From: Deltaproteobacteria bacterium
GTDB lineage: Bacteria > Desulfobacterota > Dissulfuribacteria > Dissulfuribacterales > UBA5754
Direction: 5' to 3'
Assembly: GCA_036574075.1 (NCBI GenBank)
Contig: JAINCN010000021.1
Span: 64,652 to 128,651 of the forward strand
DNA length: 64,000 nucleotides
How positions within the stretch are numbered: the stretch's first letter is position 1; each line of letters starts with the position of its first letter. Of the stretch, positions 50,676-59,473 are shown one piece after another. The translations under genes and the position numbers were made by a program. Under the pieces are notes generated by a model that was given only the letters and a program-made list of their open reading frames with translations, was not told the DNA's origin and searched no databases.

Positions 50676-52183
50676 CAAAGGACCCTTGGACACGGCGATT
50701 CATCGCCCTCCTCCTCTTCCTCCTCGGCCTTCGCATCCTCTTTCTCCTTGTCGCCCCCCTTGATCTCTCCCCTGACGAGGCCTACTACTGGGACTGGTCG
50801 AGAAGGCCAGACTGGGGGTATTACAGTAAGCCTCCCATGGTCGCATGGATCATCTGGGCCTCGACCTCCCTCCTTGGAGACACGGCCTTTTCCGTGCGCC
50901 TCCCGGCCGCCCTCCTCGCCACAGGATCCCTCGTCCCTGTCTATCTCCTCGCATGCCGTCTCTTCGGAGGCAGGGCGGCCTTCTTCTCGGCGCTCGGGGC
51001 GGCAGTCATGCCTGGGACAGCGGTACTTGGCCTTGCCATGACCATAGATCCCCCCCTTGTCTTTGCCTGGTCCATTGCCATGTATGCCTTCTGGCAGGCC
51101 GCGGACGGCCGGGACAGACCCATTTGGTGGATCGCAACCGGGCTTGCCTGCGGCCTCGGGCTCCTCTCCAAACAGACCATGGCGGCCTTTGCCTTCCTTG
51201 CCCTCATATTCCTCATCCTCACGCCCGGCCCCCGCTCGGCCCTCAAGGGTCCGTGGCCATACGCAGCAGTGGCCCTTGCCGCATCCTGCCTCATACCGGT
51301 CTGCCTCTGGAACATGGGGCATGGGTGGATAACCCTCGAACACACCGCCCACCACTTCGATCCCCATAAACAGACCTTTCTTTCCGTGACAAGCGTCCTC
51401 TCCTTCCTGGGATCCCAGGCCGGCGTCGTCTCCCCCATCCTCTTTTTCCTCATCCTGGCCGCAGGATCCGTCCTCCTCGTCCGTATCCGGTCCCTTGCCC
51501 CGGAGACGAGATATCTTTTCGTCATGAGCTGTCTTCCCCTTCTGGGGATCACGGTCCTTGCCCTTCGCCAGGACATCAACGCCAATTGGCCCGCCCCCTT
51601 TTACCTGGCGGCCCCCATCCTTTTGGCCGGACTCTTTTCCAGAAACGGGCAGGATCTCATGCCCCTGCTTTATCCACTGCGAAGGCTTTACATTCCGGGC
51701 ATCCTCCTCGGCGCCACCCTCACCGCCATCCTCTTCGCCTCCCCCTGGGCGGTTTCCATTTTTGGGATCGATGGGAAGAAAATGGATCCCACCGTCCGGC
51801 TGCGTGGATGGAAAACGCTCGGAGAAAGGATCGGCGCCGTCATCGACACCTTCCCAAATGGCGAAAAACCCTTTCTCCTCGGGGTCAGAAGACAGGTGAC
51901 GAGCGAGCTTGCCTTCTACTCTCCGGGCCGACCGCGGACCTACCGATGGACGCCGTCTCCCCACAAGGTCAAGACACAGTACGAACTCTGGCCGAATCCC
52001 ATGGAGGATGGTCTTGCGGGAAAGGACGCCCTCATCGTCCTGGACGAAAGGGACCGGCTCCCCCAAGGGCTTGCGGCGAGTTTTGAAATGGTCGAGGACC
52101 TGGGCAGAATCCGCATCCCCTTGGGCAGACACGGCGAACGAACCTACCGTCTCTATATGGGTAGGGTACTCCGCTCCTGGTGA
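50666..52183 (+). CDS. ArnT/PMT-like family 39 glycosyltransferase (polyprenyl-phosphate-dependent)
   Basis: ATG at 50666 inside the 809-aa ORF. LDLSPDEAYYWDWSRRPDWGYYSKPPMVAW is the GT39/ArnT-type first-loop motif. About 12 TM segments and a C-terminal soluble domain. Confidence 0.85.
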   Translation: MSVTKDPWTRRFIALLLFLLGLRILFLLVAPLDLSPDEAYYWDWSRRPDWGYYSKPPMVAWIIWASTSLLGDTAFSVRLPAALLATGSLVPVYLLACRLFGGRAAFFSALGAAVMPGTAVLGLAMTIDPPLVFAWSIAMYAFWQAADGRDRPIWWIATGLACGLGLLSKQTMAAFAFLALIFLILTPGPRSALKGPWPYAAVALAASCLIPVCLWNMGHGWITLEHTAHHFDPHKQTFLSVTSVLSFLGSQAGVVSPILFFLILAAGSVLLVRIRSLAPETRYLFVMSCLPLLGITVLALRQDINANWPAPFYLAAPILLAGLFSRNGQDLMPLLYPLRRLYIPGILLGATLTAILFASPWAVSIFGIDGKKMDPTVRLRGWKTLGERIGAVIDTFPNGEKPFLLGVRRQVTSELAFYSPGRPRTYRWTPSPHKVKTQYELWPNPMEDGLAGKDALIVLDERDRLPQGLAASFEMVEDLGRIRIPLGRHGERTYRLYMGRVLRSW

Positions 52184-52186
52184 CGA

Positions 52187-53053
52187 TCACTCAAGGCGAA
52201 AGACTACTGACGTCTCGCACCAGACCGGGACAGACCGTCCACGGAACCTGCCCGGCCGGAACTGCCAGCGCGGGACCACGTCCCGGACGGCCTCATCAAA
52301 GACACCTGACGGGGAACCTTCCACTATGCGGACGGATTGGACATGTCCGGACTCGTCCACGAGAAAACGGACACGAACCTCTCCGGTCAGATTCCTTCTG
52401 CGGGCCGCCAGGGGATAATGGGGGGCTGGACGGTGAACGGCCACAGGGGGCGTGTCCACTACACGCTCCTCAAAGCCGCCCTCAACAGGGAGTACGTCGT
52501 CAGACCTGGCCGCACCGCCCGAACCCGAAACCGCCGGGTCAGGCGCGGTTTCCGCGTGTCCGGTCAGCCCTCCGGCGGAGGGGGCTTGGTCTGCAGGAAA
52601 GGGATCCGTCTTTGGTCCTTCTGATGGATCGGGGTCGATCTTCTGAGGCGTGGACGGAAGAGCCGGCGCAACGGGATTCGCATCCCTTTTGGCCACTGGC
52701 GCAGGCCTTGGGCGGGATGGGGAAGTGCGCTGCCTGACCCGGGCACGGGCTGGGGTTTCCTGCGGCCTTGCCTCCGTACGCGGCAAGACCTGGGGTGTGG
52801 ACTGAGGGCCCGACTGATGCCCGATCTCGCAGATGCGGACAAAAAGGGGGCGCCCCGGACCGGGCGGGACAGAAAACTCCATGTGCCATCGAAACAAGAC
52901 CCCAGCCAGGAACGCATGTGCCACCGCAGCGACAAGGAATGCCGCCAGCCATGGTTCCCGAAAGGATGACGAACGCCCTTCGCCTTCTTCGCTCAGGTAT
53001 GCCCTGGGGCCTGAAATGGTGCATGGATCTTCGATGTCGTCCCAATAAGACAT
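52187..53053 (-). CDS. TonB family protein
   Basis: 288-aa ORF with an N-terminal TM segment, a Pro-rich spacer and a C-terminal TonB_C domain (PHYPLAARRRNLTGEVRVRFLVDESGHVQSVRIVEGSPSGVFDEAVRDVV..WQFRP). Confidence 0.88.
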   Translation of the reverse strand: MSYWDDIEDPCTISGPRAYLSEEGEGRSSSFREPWLAAFLVAAVAHAFLAGVLFRWHMEFSVPPGPGRPLFVRICEIGHQSGPQSTPQVLPRTEARPQETPARARVRQRTSPSRPRPAPVAKRDANPVAPALPSTPQKIDPDPSEGPKTDPFPADQAPSAGGLTGHAETAPDPAVSGSGGAARSDDVLPVEGGFEERVVDTPPVAVHRPAPHYPLAARRRNLTGEVRVRFLVDESGHVQSVRIVEGSPSGVFDEAVRDVVPRWQFRPGRFRGRSVPVWCETSVVFRLE

Positions 53054-53132
53054 GATCTCGATGAAAAACCCTTAGGAATTCGGGGCACGATTTTTAAAAA
53101 AATAACACAAAAGACAAAACCCGGCACATTCC

Positions 53133-53172
53133 CCTCCCACAAATACCCTGGCCGTAGGCTCACGGATTCAGG
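53133..53172 (-). mobile_element. truncated copy (solo end) of the MITE-like repeat
   Basis: CTCCCACAAATACCCTGGCCGTAGGCTCACGGATTCAGG matches one arm plus the terminal inverted repeat of copies 1 and 2. The rest of the element is absent. Confidence 0.6.
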
Positions 53173-53234
53173 ACATTGATAGAAAGGAAGCCAGGTTTTC
53201 GGAACTTGAATAAACTGCTATAGATAGGAACGGT

Positions 53235-53276
53235 CACGGTACCTGAGGAGGAAACCACGGTACCTGAGGAGGAAAC
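53235..53276 (+). repeat. 2 x 21-bp perfect tandem duplication containing the Shine-Dalgarno of divIVA
   Basis: CACGGTACCTGAGGAGGAAAC occurs at 53235-53255 and again at 53256-53276, immediately before the ATG at 53278. Confidence 0.9.
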
Positions 53277-53277
53277 C

Positions 53278-53895
53278 ATGGATCTGACTCCAAACGAGAT
53301 CCTCGAACATGAATTCGAGATCAGATTTCGGGGATACGATCGGGACGAAGTCCGCGCATATCTCGAGGAGATCGCCTCCCAGCTCACGGCCCTGCTCAAG
53401 GAGCGAAACGCGCTCAAGGGGCACTTGGCCACGCTCAGGGCCCAGGTGGACGAGCTCAAAAAACGGGATGAAGAGGTACGTATAGCCCTGACCACGGCCC
53501 ATTCCGTTTCAGAGGAGCTCAAACGCCAGTCCGAAAAGGAGGCCGAACTCATCGTGGAAAGGGCAAGGCTCGATGCAGAGCGCATTGTAGCCGACGCGCA
53601 CCGGGAGGCCGTTGTCCTTGAAGACCGAATCCGCGCCCTTAGAAGGCTAAAGAGGGAGACCATACACCGGATCCGGTCCCATGTGGAGGGATATCTTCGG
53701 ATCCTCGACGAGGAGGCACTCCCCGGGGAAGAAATCGACTCCCTCCTCCATGTCACCGCAACTGAGGCCCGTTCCCTCCAGGACTCGCCTCCTGTCCTCG
53801 AAGGTCCAGAAAAGACCCAAACACCTATGCATGGGCTTCCCGAGTCCTGGCAGGAGCGCCCTGACGACGAGAAAGACACCCCTGTCACGTCGTAA
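53278..53895 (+). CDS. DivIVA domain-containing protein
   Basis: 205-aa ORF. MDLTPNEILEHEFEIRFRGYDRDEVRAYLEEIA... is the canonical DivIVA N-terminus, followed by coiled coil. Confidence 0.9.
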   Translation: MDLTPNEILEHEFEIRFRGYDRDEVRAYLEEIASQLTALLKERNALKGHLATLRAQVDELKKRDEEVRIALTTAHSVSEELKRQSEKEAELIVERARLDAERIVADAHREAVVLEDRIRALRRLKRETIHRIRSHVEGYLRILDEEALPGEEIDSLLHVTATEARSLQDSPPVLEGPEKTQTPMHGLPESWQERPDDEKDTPVTS

Positions 53896-53949
53896 GGAGC
53901 CGGTAGATCTCAGGGACTTTCTGTGAGAGCCGGGAGACATCGTCCACGA
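53868..53949 (+). repeat. 82-bp direct repeat, copy 1 (upstream of kup)
   Basis: 81/82 identical to 55960-56041. It includes the last 8 codons and the stop of the divIVA-like gene. Confidence 0.9.
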
Positions 53950-53983
53950 GGATGTCTTCCACCCAAAGAAGGACTTCAAATTT

Positions 53984-55951
53984 ATGCACTTGTCCCCATC
54001 AGACGACATGCGCCCGTTAGCGCATGTTCCTGCCCAAACCGCTCCCCCGGAAGCCATCGGTCCCGACCTCCATAGCAACCCGTTACGAAAAACGCTCATC
54101 CTGTCCATGGGGGCGTTGGGCGTGGTATTCGGCGACATCGGCACGAGCCCCCTGTACACCGTGAGGGAATGCTTCCACGGTTCCCACGCGGTGGCCCTCA
54201 CCCCAGTCAACATCCTCGGCGTCATGTCCTTGATCTTCTGGTCACTCATGATTGTGGTCACCGTCAAATATGTGATCTTCATCTTGAGGGCGGACAACGA
54301 CGGTGAAGGGGGTATCTTCGCCCTTACCTCCCTGTTTTTAGGCAAAGGCGGCAAGGAGGTCTCGCAAGAGATAGTGAAGAAGCTCGTCACCCTGGCGATC
54401 TTCGGAGCCGCCCTTCTTTATGGAGACGGCCTCATCACGCCGGTGATATCCGTCCTCTCTGCGGTGGAAGGCCTCAATGTAGCCACCCGGGCAGCCGAAC
54501 CTTTCGTCCTCCCGATTGCATGCGGCATCCTGCTCGGCTTGTTCCTGTTCCAGAGCCAGGGGACAGAGCGCATCGGCAAGGTCTTCGGCCCCATCATGCT
54601 TTTCTGGTTTTGCTCCCTCGCCATCCTCGGGCTTTCGGAGGTGGTGAAAACGCCCAAGATTCTGGCAGCCCTGGACCCACGCTATGGAGTCGCTTTCTTT
54701 GCCGAAAACCGCCTCCACGGCTTGGTGGTCCTCGGCTCGGTGGTGCTTTGCATTACCGGTGGCGAGGCGCTTTATGCGGATCTAGGGCATTTCGGCCGGA
54801 GTGCAATACGTCTTTCCTGGACCATATTGGTATTCCCGGCCCTTTTGCTCAATTATTTCGGTCAAACCGCGCTCCTCCTGGAAGTTCCGGAGGCGGCCGC
54901 CAACCCCTTTTATGGCCTGGTCCCTAAGGTCCTTCTCTATCCCATGGTCGCCATGGCCACCATGGCCACGGTCATAGCCTCCCAAGCCATGATCACCGGG
55001 GTGTACTCCATCACCCAGCAGGCCATCCAGCTCGGCTATCTCCCTAGGCTACAGATCAGGCATACCTCGGTCGATACAAAGGGACAGATCTTCATGCCGT
55101 GGGTGAATACCGTCATGATGCTCGGCTGCCTTGCCCTCGCCCTCTCCTTCAAGGAGTCCAGCCGGCTTGCCTCGGCCTATGGCATCGCGGTCACCGCCAC
55201 CATGGCCATCACCAGTCTCATCTTTTTTTTCGTCACACGCCACAATTGGAAATGGCCAGCCTGGAAGGCGCTTTCGCTCTGCGTCATCCTGCTTTTCGTC
55301 GATCTTTCATATCTCGGCGCCAATCTTCTTAAGTTTTTCCATGGCGGCTGGTTTGCCGTGGCTGTGGCCGCGATCCTGACGGTGATCATGGTCACCTGGC
55401 GGGATGGCCGGGCCATCTTGGCAAGGCGCTTTGCGGATGAGCAAATCCCTGTGGAGATCATCCTGAATGACATCAAAACCTATAACCTCATCCGCACCCC
55501 AGGCACCGCCGTCTTTCTCGCGATTTCACCGGTCGGCACCCCCCGGGTCCTCCTGCACCTTCTCAAACACACCGAGTCCCTGCCCGAAAGAATCGTTCTT
55601 CTGTCCATCGTTTCTTCAGGCAACACCCCTTATGTAGCCCGGGAAAAACATCTTGCGATCACACACCTCGGGCAGGGTTTCCACCGCATCGTGGCCTATT
55701 ATGGTTTCATGCAAACCCCTTCTGTCCCGGAGATTCTGGAAATCGCAACGGCGCACGGCCTTGATCTGGATATTTACTCCACGTCCTTTTATCTCAGCCG
55801 TGAAACCCTCATCTGCAGCGGAAAGGGGGAAATGTCCTCCTGGCGCAAACAGATTTTTGCCTACCTCTCCCGCAACGCGTGGAACGTTTCCACCTACTTC
55901 GGCATACCCCCCAACCGGGTGGTGGAACTCGGCATCCAAGTGGAAATCTGA
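53984..55951 (+). CDS. kup: potassium uptake transporter Kup (KUP/HAK/KT family)
   Basis: 655-aa ORF with ALGVVFGDIGTSPLY, GGEALYADLGHFG, about 12 TM segments and a cytoplasmic C-terminal domain. Confidence 0.93.
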   Translation: MHLSPSDDMRPLAHVPAQTAPPEAIGPDLHSNPLRKTLILSMGALGVVFGDIGTSPLYTVRECFHGSHAVALTPVNILGVMSLIFWSLMIVVTVKYVIFILRADNDGEGGIFALTSLFLGKGGKEVSQEIVKKLVTLAIFGAALLYGDGLITPVISVLSAVEGLNVATRAAEPFVLPIACGILLGLFLFQSQGTERIGKVFGPIMLFWFCSLAILGLSEVVKTPKILAALDPRYGVAFFAENRLHGLVVLGSVVLCITGGEALYADLGHFGRSAIRLSWTILVFPALLLNYFGQTALLLEVPEAAANPFYGLVPKVLLYPMVAMATMATVIASQAMITGVYSITQQAIQLGYLPRLQIRHTSVDTKGQIFMPWVNTVMMLGCLALALSFKESSRLASAYGIAVTATMAITSLIFFFVTRHNWKWPAWKALSLCVILLFVDLSYLGANLLKFFHGGWFAVAVAAILTVIMVTWRDGRAILARRFADEQIPVEIILNDIKTYNLIRTPGTAVFLAISPVGTPRVLLHLLKHTESLPERIVLLSIVSSGNTPYVAREKHLAITHLGQGFHRIVAYYGFMQTPSVPEILEIATAHGLDLDIYSTSFYLSRETLICSGKGEMSSWRKQIFAYLSRNAWNVSTYFGIPPNRVVELGIQVEI

Positions 55952-55959
55952 GTAGGCGC

Positions 55960-56041
55960 CGAGAAAGACACCCCTGTCACGTCGTAAGGAGCCGGTAGAT
56001 CTCCGGGACTTTCTGTGAGAGCCGGGAGACATCGTCCACGA
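55960..56041 (+). repeat. 82-bp direct repeat, copy 2 (downstream of kup)
   Basis: 81/82 identical to 53868-53949. The single difference is CTCAGGG versus CTCCGGG. Confidence 0.9.
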
Positions 56042-56101
56042 TGACATAGTTCACCTCGCCTGACATGTGCGGGAGATATTCGTGGGCCTCCCTGTCGAGC
56101 G

Positions 56102-56587
56102 TTATACAGAAGGGTCGCACGCCCTGCTCTCTGGCCTCGAAGAGGGGGACGAGGGTCTCCTTTGGTTTAAGAAAATCTTTTTGATCGTTTGGCGGGTCCT
56201 CGCCTCCACGACGAGGCTGTCAAACTCGGCACGCGGGACCCATCGCGCATCGAGGGCGTCATCCCGGGCTTCAGGTTCCCCGCCCTGATATGACGCGCAG
56301 ACATAAACTACAAGATAGTGGTAGAGGATACCTCCGCTTCCGTCTTCATAGAGGGCATCAACGGCAGTAAGCACCCTCTCAGCCTGGACCGATACACCGG
56401 TCTCCTCCCTTACCTCGCGCTCCGCTGCCTCCAGGATGGTCTCCCCAAGTCGCATCTTCCCCCCTGGAAGGGACCAGGTCTTTAGGGCAGGCGGCGTCCC
56501 GCGCAGGACCATGAGGATCTCTCCGTCCCGTTCCACGAGCACGGCAACCGCCGGAACGGGCCGTTCAGGATAAGAATGGGGAGGCAT
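56102..56587 (-). CDS. NUDIX hydrolase
   Basis: 161-aa ORF with Nudix box GGKMRLGETILEAAEREVREETGV. Confidence 0.9.
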   Translation of the reverse strand: MPPHSYPERPVPAVAVLVERDGEILMVLRGTPPALKTWSLPGGKMRLGETILEAAEREVREETGVSVQAERVLTAVDALYEDGSGGILYHYLVVYVCASYQGGEPEARDDALDARWVPRAEFDSLVVEARTRQTIKKIFLNQRRPSSPSSRPESRACDPSV

Positions 56588-56667
56588 GCTGTTTTGAATC
56601 GGGATGAAAGGGGCCTGATGTGATCATGTCCTTGAAGACCCGGCGTATGCTGCTAAAGTTAGTCACC

Positions 56668-57615
56668 ATGACAGGAAAAAACAAATTGCGACTCGCCCTT
56701 CTTGCCGGAGGACGCTCGGCCGAACGAGAGGTATCACTTGCCGGCGCCCGGGTGGTCTCCGCGGCCCTCGACCCAGAACGCTACCATGTCCGCATGTACG
56801 ATCCTGCAACGGATCTCGAGCGCCTGGTCCACGACTCGTCACAGATTGACGCCGCCTTCATCCTCCTCCATGGCCGATTCGGGGAAGACGGGACGATCCA
56901 GGGCCTCCTCGACCTCTTAGACATCCCATACCAGGGCTCAGGTGTTTTGGGTAGCGCCCTCGCCATGGACAAACACCTCTCAAAGGTCATCTACCGCGAG
57001 GCAGGCATCCCCACACCTGCCTGGCTCCTGACAGAAAAGGACTCACCCCTTACCCATGAAGAGATAAGGCAAAGGCTCGGCCTTCCGGTCATGGTGAAGC
57101 CAGCGACACAGGGCTCGAGCGTCGGTATAACCAAGGTCTCGAGTCCCGAGGATGTCACCAGGGCCCTCGAGAAGGCCTTTTCCTTCGACCCCCGCGTGGT
57201 CGTCGAGGCCTTTGTCCCCGGCCGGGAGATCACTGGCGGAATCCTTGGGACAAGGCCCCCGACTCCCCTTCCCCTGGTAGAGATCACACCCGGAGAGGGA
57301 TTCACCTTTTTTGACTATGAGGCCAAATACCGACATGGGGCCAGCCGGGAAACCTGTCCCGCGGATCTTACCCCTGATATCACCCATAAGGCACAGGGAC
57401 TCGCCCTTGCCGCCCATAAGGCCCTCCAGCTCACCGGCTACAGCCGGACCGACATGATCCTCTCCCCGGCTGGAGGGCTCTTCGTTCTCGAGACAAACAC
57501 CATCCCAGGCATGACCGAGACGAGCCTCTTTCCGCTGGCAGCGCGGGCCGCGGGCATCACCTTCGGAGAACTCCTCGACCAGCTCATAGAAATGGCACTC
57601 GAGGGCAGGTCCTGA
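56668..57615 (+). CDS. ddl: D-alanine--D-alanine ligase
   Basis: Start chosen at ATG 56668 (MTGKNKLRLALLAGGRSAEREVSL); the ORF track starts at 56620. ATP-grasp motifs throughout and C-terminal LETNTIPGMTETSL. Confidence 0.9.
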   Translation: MTGKNKLRLALLAGGRSAEREVSLAGARVVSAALDPERYHVRMYDPATDLERLVHDSSQIDAAFILLHGRFGEDGTIQGLLDLLDIPYQGSGVLGSALAMDKHLSKVIYREAGIPTPAWLLTEKDSPLTHEEIRQRLGLPVMVKPATQGSSVGITKVSSPEDVTRALEKAFSFDPRVVVEAFVPGREITGGILGTRPPTPLPLVEITPGEGFTFFDYEAKYRHGASRETCPADLTPDITHKAQGLALAAHKALQLTGYSRTDMILSPAGGLFVLETNTIPGMTETSLFPLAARAAGITFGELLDQLIEMALEGRS

Positions 57616-57700
57616 AAGAGGCCTAATAGAGAAATGCCCCTCCTGACGCCCCTGGTCCACGGCGATAGGACTCAGGATGGTGACATCTGACCGCTTTGTG

Positions 57701-57728
57701 TTGATTTTTGGATTTTCGAAACTACAAT
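57701..57728 (+). promoter_or_regulatory. candidate sigma70-type promoter of argS
   Basis: TTGATT (57701-57706), a 16-nt spacer, then TACAAT (57723-57728), about 60 nt upstream of the argS ATG. Confidence 0.4.
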
Positions 57729-57788
57729 ATCTGAACCCGCGCCGTTCTCCTTTTCCATACCACTGGGGCAGCCCATAAGGATCTTGAC

Positions 57789-59453
57789 ATGTCAGACCGA
57801 GTTCGTGCCGCTCTCGAGGCATGCTACCGGGAGGCCGTGTCTCGGGGTTTCTTCCCCGAAACACCTATCCCGTCCTCCCATCAGATCGTTCCGTCGAAAC
57901 AGACCGAACATGGTGATTTTGCTAGCAATCTCGCCCTTATCCTCGCGCCTGTTCTCAAAAGGCCACCTCGGTCCATCGCCGAGACCCTCAAGGGCCTTTT
58001 GACAAACGATCCGCTCTTCGAACGGGTGGACGTGGCAGGTCCGGGGTTCATCAATTTTTTTGTCTCCAAGGATGCATGGACCCAGCAGGCCGCATCCATC
58101 TATGCCCAAGGAGATCAATACGGAGAGTCCCAGGAAGGGAAAGGGAAAAGGGTCCTCGTGGAGTTTGTGAGCGCAAACCCTACAGGCCCCTTGCACGTAG
58201 GGCATGGCAGGGGGGCGGCGGTCGGCGACAGTCTCGCCCGCATCCTTAAGGCAGCGGGCTATCGAGTCGAGACCGAGTATTACATCAACGACGTCGGAAA
58301 CCAGATGAGGACCCTCGGCTCCTCGGTCTATCTCCGCTATCAGGAGATTCTGGGCCGGACGATCGAGTTTCCTCCAGACTATTACCAGGGGGATTATATC
58401 CGGGATATTGCAAACAAGATCCTGGTGGAACAAGGCGAACGATACCGGGATGTCCCCTTAGAGGAATGTCTGCCGTTCTTCACGTCCGAGGCCGTGCGGG
58501 AGATCTCAAGGGGCATCCGCAAGGACCTCGAAGACTTCGACGTATCCTTCGATTCCTGGTTCAGCGAGGCCCGCCTCCATGAGGAAGGCATCGTGGAACA
58601 GACCATCCGTGAACTCCGGGATGCAGGGTACATCTATGAACAGGACGGGGCCTTGTGGTTCCGGACCACCGCCTTCGGTGACGAAAAGGACCGGGTCGTC
58701 AGGCGTTCGAACGGCGTCCTCACCTACTTCGCCGCGGACATGGCCTATCATCGCCACAAGCTCGAAAGGGGATACGACATCCTCGTGGACATCTGGGGCG
58801 CGGACCACCATGGATATGTCCCCCGTATCAGCGCCGTCGTCCAGGCCCTCGGACACGATAGTTCAAGGCTCCGTGTCCTCCTTGTCCAGTTCGTGAGCCT
58901 GATCGAGGGAGGGGTCTCAAAGGGGATGTCCACCCGCTCTGGGGAGTTCGTCACCCTGAGGGCCGTCCTGGATGACGTGGGCCCGGATGCGGCGAGATTC
59001 TTTTTCCTTATGAGAAAGGCGGACAGCCATCTTGACTTCGATCTGGATCTTGCGAGGAAACAGGGCCAGGAAAATCCCGTCTATTACGTCCAATATGCCC
59101 ATGCACGCCTTGCGAGTGTGGCCAGAAATGCCCAAAAGGCTGGCTACCTCCCCCTCGCGCCTGAAAACGTGGATACGAGTCGGCTCAGCGGGGCGGACGA
59201 CATCGCGCTCATCAAGCTTCTCGACGCCTTTCCGCGGACGGTCGCAGAGAGCGCACGCGCCATGGAACCCCACCGCGTCAGCTTCTACCTCACAGAGCTT
59301 GCCTCATTCTTCCACGGCTATTACACGAGAAATCGTTTTATTAGTGACGACCCCGATCTCACCCGGGCGAGACTCCTCCTCGCCGAGGCGACCCGCCGTG
59401 TCATCCGCAAAGGCCTCGGCCTTCTCGGGGTCTCGGCACCCACTCACATGTAA
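57789..59453 (+). CDS. argS: arginine--tRNA ligase
   Basis: 554-aa ORF with a class I HIGH region (SANPTGPLHVGHGR), an MSTRSG (KMSKS-like) motif and a DALR anticodon-binding C-terminus. Confidence 0.93.
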   Translation: MSDRVRAALEACYREAVSRGFFPETPIPSSHQIVPSKQTEHGDFASNLALILAPVLKRPPRSIAETLKGLLTNDPLFERVDVAGPGFINFFVSKDAWTQQAASIYAQGDQYGESQEGKGKRVLVEFVSANPTGPLHVGHGRGAAVGDSLARILKAAGYRVETEYYINDVGNQMRTLGSSVYLRYQEILGRTIEFPPDYYQGDYIRDIANKILVEQGERYRDVPLEECLPFFTSEAVREISRGIRKDLEDFDVSFDSWFSEARLHEEGIVEQTIRELRDAGYIYEQDGALWFRTTAFGDEKDRVVRRSNGVLTYFAADMAYHRHKLERGYDILVDIWGADHHGYVPRISAVVQALGHDSSRLRVLLVQFVSLIEGGVSKGMSTRSGEFVTLRAVLDDVGPDAARFFFLMRKADSHLDFDLDLARKQGQENPVYYVQYAHARLASVARNAQKAGYLPLAPENVDTSRLSGADDIALIKLLDAFPRTVAESARAMEPHRVSFYLTELASFFHGYYTRNRFISDDPDLTRARLLLAEATRRVIRKGLGLLGVSAPTHM

Positions 59454-59473
59454 CAGGAGGTCCTTGACCTGCC

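Noticed and set aside
50621-52132. 503-aa minus-strand ORF
   Set aside because: It is antisense to the GT39 glycosyltransferase gene. The product is Gly/Glu/Arg-rich low-complexity sequence, whereas the plus-strand frame has a clear DEAYYW motif and TM helices.
53647-54390. 247-aa minus-strand ORF (and 55616-56047) sharing the peptide SWTMSPGSHRKS.RSTGSLRRDRGVFL
   Set aside because: The shared peptide is simply the 82-bp direct repeat read in a non-coding frame. Both ORFs are antisense to divIVA and kup.
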